DNA of 64,000 nt from Acidimicrobiia bacterium (GTDB lineage: Bacteria > Actinomycetota > Acidimicrobiia > IMCC26256 > PALSA-610): NCBI GenBank assembly GCA_052148155.1, contig JBKQIY010000188.1, positions 26,090 through 90,089 of the forward strand, in the 5' to 3' direction. Positions 60,347 through 64,000 of this stretch are shown here, piece after piece. The notes under the pieces were generated by a model that ran no database searches, had not been told where the DNA came from, and was given only the letters and a program-made list of their open reading frames with translations. Numbering within the stretch: position 1 is the first letter of the stretch; each line of letters starts with the position of its first letter. A program made the translations under genes and the position numbers.

Positions 60347-61407
60347 GCGGCCAGATGGACGATTACTACGAGTTGCTCGGCGTCGACGTCGACGCCCCCG
60401 TCGGCGACATTCGAACCGCCTACCGGGACAAGAAGGCGGCGGTCGCCAATCAGGGCACCGAGCAGGCCAAGTCCGACGCCGCCGCGCTCAACAAAGCGTG
60501 GAACGTGCTCTCCGACCCATATCAGCGCGGCCGCTACGACGAGCAGCGCGGCAACGCCGACGACGCAACCGACTCGGACGACGAGGACGACGACGCCGAC
60601 GATGCGGCCCCGGTCCCGGCCCGGCGCCGACCCGCGAAGACCAAATCGCGCACCAGCCCCCGCGAGACGCGCGCCGCGGCAAAGCCGACGATCGCCTTGC
60701 CGGCGGGCATGGCCTTCTCAACCGTACGCGCCCGCCGGATCGCGATGTTCATCGATCTCGGTCTGCTGTTCGTGCTGTTCCTCGCCAGTCAGTTCCTGAT
60801 GGTGGCGCTGGAAAAGTCAGAGCACCCTTCCGTCTACAAAGACGTCTCCACCGTCGACAAACTGATCACCACCGCGCAGTCCAAGACGAACGCTGCCAAC
60901 AAGGCCAAATCGGGTCCGGACAAGAACTACACCGATCTCGTCAAGACGAAAGGTGCGAACGCGCCCGACACGCAAGCCGCGCTCGCCGCGAAAAAACCAC
61001 TCGACGCGGCGGCGACGGCTGCAAAGAATGCGCAAAACGCGTTGAACACCAGACTGAATAAGGACGAGTCGGACCTGGCGCCGACATCGAACCTCGTCTC
61101 GGGTGGGTTCTTCCTCGTTTCACTCCTCGTTCTCCTGCTTCCGAGCCTGTTCGGAGGCGCGACCATCGGCAAGCGCGAGCAAAAGATCCGCGTCGTTCGA
61201 CTCGACGGCTCTCCCGCGCGCGTCGGAGACCTGTTCCGTCGCTACGCCGTACTCGTCTTCGCGGCCTACGTCTTGACGTCGTTCCTGCGCAGTCCGGTCG
61301 GTGCGGTCATCGTGGTGTTCATCGCGGCGATGACTCGCAACCCGAACACCCAGGCTCTCCACGACCGGTTCGCGAAGACCCTCGTGGTGACCGACTCCGA
61401 GGAATAG
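60343..61407 (+). CDS. J-like domain (no HPD) fused to an RDD-family membrane domain
   Basis: The ATG overlaps the glyQS stop (ATGA). [33 protein letters not shown]...[20 protein letters not shown] has the J-domain layout but no HPD. An acidic stretch follows, then RDD-type helices ([17 protein letters not shown] ... [11 protein letters not shown]) split by a Lys/Ala-rich loop of about 100 aa. Confidence 0.75.
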   Translation: MSGQMDDYYELLGVDVDAPVGDIRTAYRDKKAAVANQGTEQAKSDAAALNKAWNVLSDPYQRGRYDEQRGNADDATDSDDEDDDADDAAPVPARRRPAKTKSRTSPRETRAAAKPTIALPAGMAFSTVRARRIAMFIDLGLLFVLFLASQFLMVALEKSEHPSVYKDVSTVDKLITTAQSKTNAANKAKSGPDKNYTDLVKTKGANAPDTQAALAAKKPLDAAATAAKNAQNALNTRLNKDESDLAPTSNLVSGGFFLVSLLVLLLPSLFGGATIGKREQKIRVVRLDGSPARVGDLFRRYAVLVFAAYVLTSFLRSPVGAVIVVFIAAMTRNPNTQALHDRFAKTLVVTDSEE

Positions 61408-61473
61408 TCGGCCCAGCCCGACGGCCGACCGTCGGTAGGCTCACCGTCGAACTACGCATTCGGAGGATCGTCC

Positions 61474-64000
61474 ATGCCCGACAAATACGTCTTCGCATTC
61501 GAAGAAGGGAACAAAGAGCAGAAGTTCCTGCTCGGCGGGAAGGGCGCCAACCTCGCCGAGATGACGATCATCGGTCTGCCCGTTCCTCCCGGGTTCACCA
61601 TCACGACCGAGGCATGCAACGCCTACATGGCCGGCGGCAACGTCCTGCCCGACGGTCTGATGGGCGAGGTGACCGCCGCCCGTGAGGTGCTCGAGTCAAA
61701 GATGGGCAAACAGCTCGGAGCGTCGTCGGATCCGCTGCTGGTCTCGGTCCGGTCGGGCGCGCCGTTCTCGATGCCGGGGATGATGGACACCGTCCTCAAC
61801 CTCGGGCTCAACGACGAGTCGGTACGCGGCCTCGCGCACCAGACCGCCAACGAACGCTTCGCGTACGACTCGTACCGACGTTTCGTACAGATGTTCGGAA
61901 AGATCGTCCTCGACGTACCGGGCGAACACTTCGAGGACAAGCTGCACGAGCTGGTCGAGACGAAGGGCTTCACCGTCGACACCGAACTCGGGGCCGAAGA
62001 CCTCAAACTTCTCGTCGGAACGTTCAAAGCGATCGTCCGAGCCGAGGCCGGCGTCGACTTTCCCGATGACCCCACCGACCAGCTCCGCTACGCCATTGAG
62101 GCGGTGTTCAGATCGTGGAACGGCAAGCGCGCCCGCGACTACCGGAAGTACGAAGGCATCGCCGACGATCTCGGCACCGCCGTCAACGTCCAGACGATGG
62201 TATTCGGGAACAAGGGCGACGACTCCGGGACCGGCGTTGCGTTCACGCGCAACCCATCGACCGGTGAACGCCTTCCCTACGGTGACTTCTTGAAGAACGC
62301 GCAAGGCGAAGACGTTGTGGCCGGCATTCGCATCACCGAGGCGCTCGACGCCATGAGCAACGAGTTCCCCGGACCGCACACCGAACTGCTCGGCGTGATG
62401 ACGCTCCTCGAGAACCACTACCGCGACATGTGCGATATCGAGTTCACGATCGAGCAGGGTCGCCTGTTCATGCTGCAGACACGCGTCGGGAAACGCACCG
62501 CCGCTGCCGCACTCCGCATGGCGGTCGAGATGGTCTCCGAAGGCTTGATCGACGAACGTGATGCAGTGTTGCGGGTCCAGCCCACCCAGCTTGACCAGCT
62601 TCTACACCCCCAGTTCGATCCGAAGGCCGAGTACCGGGTGCTCGCCAAAGGTCTGAACGCGTCGCCCGGCGCCGCGGTCGGCAAGGTGTATTTCACGGCC
62701 GACGAAGCCGAAGCGCGTCACGAAGCAGGCGAACATGTGATCCTGGTGCGGCCCGAGACATCTCCCGACGACCTGCACGGGATGATCGCGGCCGAAGGGA
62801 TCCTCACCTCGCGGGGCGGTCTCGTGTCGCACGCAGCGGTCGTCGCGCGCGGCATGGGCAAGCCGGCGATATGTGGCGCCGAGGCCGTCGTGATCGACCT
62901 CGCGACCAGACAGTTCGTGGCCGACGGCGTCACGGTCAACGAAGGCGATGTGATCTCGATCTCCGGTACGTCAGGAGAGATCGTCGTCGGCGAGGTCGCG
63001 GTGATGACTCCCGAGCCCACCGGCCATTTCGGAACGATCCTCGGGTGGGCCGATCAGTATCGGCGTCTGCGCGTGCGCACCAACGCGGATCTTCCCGAAG
63101 ACGCCAAACGCGCCCGCGAGTTCGGCGCCGAAGGCATCGGCTTGTGCCGCACCGAGCACATGTTCCTCGGCGATCGGCTCCCAATCGTGCAGCGCATGAT
63201 CCTCGCCGACAACGAAACCGACGAGGACGTCGCGCTCGAACAGTTGCGCGCGCAGCAAGAGGCCGACTTTGAAGGCATCCTCGACGCGATGGACGGACTT
63301 CCCGTTACCGTGCGGCTGCTCGATCCGCCCCTGCACGAGTTCCTGCCCGATCACGAGGAACTGATCGTCAAGCAGGCCAAGGAGGGTCTGAGTGACGCCG
63401 AAACCAAACTGTTGAAAGCGTCAGAATTCTGGCGGGAAGCGAACCCGATGCTCGGCACGCGAGGTTGTCGCCTCGGTATCCTCAAGCCCGGCCTGTACCG
63501 AATGCAAGTACGCGCGCTCATGCAGGCAGCTGTGACGCGCCGTCAACGCGGCGGGAACCCGATCGTCGAGATCATGATCCCGTTGATCGTCTCTGAACCC
63601 GAGCTCGCGCTGCTCGAACGATGGGTGCGCGAGGAGGCCGACGCGGTGCTGGCCGACGCCAAGATCGAGCTGCGCTACACGGTCGGAACCATGATCGAGA
63701 CGCCTCGTGCCGCACTCGTCGCCGATCGCATCGCCGACGTCGCGGAGTTCTTCTCCTTCGGCACCAACGACCTGACGCAGATGACGTTCGGATTCAGCCG
63801 CGACGACGTCGAAGGCCGTTTCATGGCCCAGTACCTAGAACAGAGGTTGCTCACCGCGAACCCGTTCGACAAGCTCGACGTCGAAGGCGTCGGCCAATTG
63901 GTACGGATGGGATGTGAGCGTGGGCGCGCGACCCGCGCCGACATCAAGCTCGGCATCTGCGGTGAGCACGGCGGCGACCCGGATTCCATCGCGTTCTGTC
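61474..64000 (+). CDS. ppdK: Pyruvate, phosphate dikinase (3'-truncated by the window end)
   Basis: Not in the supplied ORF track because there is no stop before the window end. My own translation from ATG 61474 (GGAGGA at 61462-61467, 6 nt before the ATG) gives MPDKYVFAFEEGNKEQKFLLGGKGANLAEMTIIGLPVPPGFTITTEACNAY...SVRSGAPFSMPGMMDTVLNLGLND. The phospho-His loop is TSRGGLVSHAAVVARGMGKPA (about 62800-62870). The frame is open to 64000. Confidence 0.93.
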   Translation, partial: MPDKYVFAFEEGNKEQKFLLGGKGANLAEMTIIGLPVPPGFTITTEACNAYMAGGNVLPDGLMGEVTAAREVLESKMGKQLGASSDPLLVSVRSGAPFSMPGMMDTVLNLGLNDESVRGLAHQTANERFAYDSYRRFVQMFGKIVLDVPGEHFEDKLHELVETKGFTVDTELGAEDLKLLVGTFKAIVRAEAGVDFPDDPTDQLRYAIEAVFRSWNGKRARDYRKYEGIADDLGTAVNVQTMVFGNKGDDSGTGVAFTRNPSTGERLPYGDFLKNAQGEDVVAGIRITEALDAMSNEFPGPHTELLGVMTLLENHYRDMCDIEFTIEQGRLFMLQTRVGKRTAAAALRMAVEMVSEGLIDERDAVLRVQPTQLDQLLHPQFDPKAEYRVLAKGLNASPGAAVGKVYFTADEAEARHEAGEHVILVRPETSPDDLHGMIAAEGILTSRGGLVSHAAVVARGMGKPAICGAEAVVIDLATRQFVADGVTVNEGDVISISGTSGEIVVGEVAVMTPEPTGHFGTILGWADQYRRLRVRTNADLPEDAKRAREFGAEGIGLCRTEHMFLGDRLPIVQRMILADNETDEDVALEQLRAQQEADFEGILDAMDGLPVTVRLLDPPLHEFLPDHEELIVKQAKEGLSDAETKLLKASEFWREANPMLGTRGCRLGILKPGLYRMQVRALMQAAVTRRQRGGNPIVEIMIPLIVSEPELALLERWVREEADAVLADAKIELRYTVGTMIETPRAALVADRIADVAEFFSFGTNDLTQMTFGFSRDDVEGRFMAQYLEQRLLTANPFDKLDVEGVGQLVRMGCERGRATRADIKLGICGEHGGDPDSIAFC

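Overview
This is a high-GC actinobacterial chromosome segment. Its protein set and caa3-type oxidase suggest an Acidimicrobiia-like lineage, but that is inference only. I call about 60 protein genes and one tRNA. I found no rRNA, no CRISPR array and no intact prophage. The backbone follows the classic actinobacterial housekeeping order: rne-rplU-rpmA-obg-proB-proA, nadD-rsfS, holA, rpsT, lepA, hemW-hrcA-dnaJ-rsmE, phoH-ybeY-CBS-era, uppS-recO-glyQS, and a partial ppdK. As I recall, this is collinear with M. tuberculosis Rv2444c to Rv2357c. Several blocks interrupt that order: helD plus an HhH-GPD gene; a MoxR/VWA pair plus a GNAT gene; a kdp operon followed by about 9 kb of hypothetical, secreted and methyltransferase genes that ends at an IS3 remnant and tRNA-Ala(GGC); leuS-folP; an acyl-CoA dehydrogenase with an ECF sigma/anti-sigma pair; and a caa3-type cytochrome oxidase cluster with a membrane cupredoxin. 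The most unusual locus is the kdp operon. kdpFABC is bracketed by two paralogous GAF-like modules derived from KdpD, one membrane-anchored and one soluble. There is no histidine kinase or KdpE in the window, and an unannotated 48-aa membrane peptide is start/stop-coupled to kdpF. Other items worth a second look:
- a secreted protein with three Cys-bracketed repeats
- a lipoprotein with two copies of one domain, divergent from a DUF4214-type methyltransferase
- two proteins with histone-H1-like Lys/Ala tails
- a J-like domain lacking HPD fused to an RDD membrane domain
- a clear CIRCE operator upstream of hrcA
- ppdK, which the ORF track omits because it runs off the window end
Many long ORFs in the track are antisense or off-frame artefacts typical of high-GC DNA, and I rejected them. 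All domain calls come from reading motifs by eye, with no database search.
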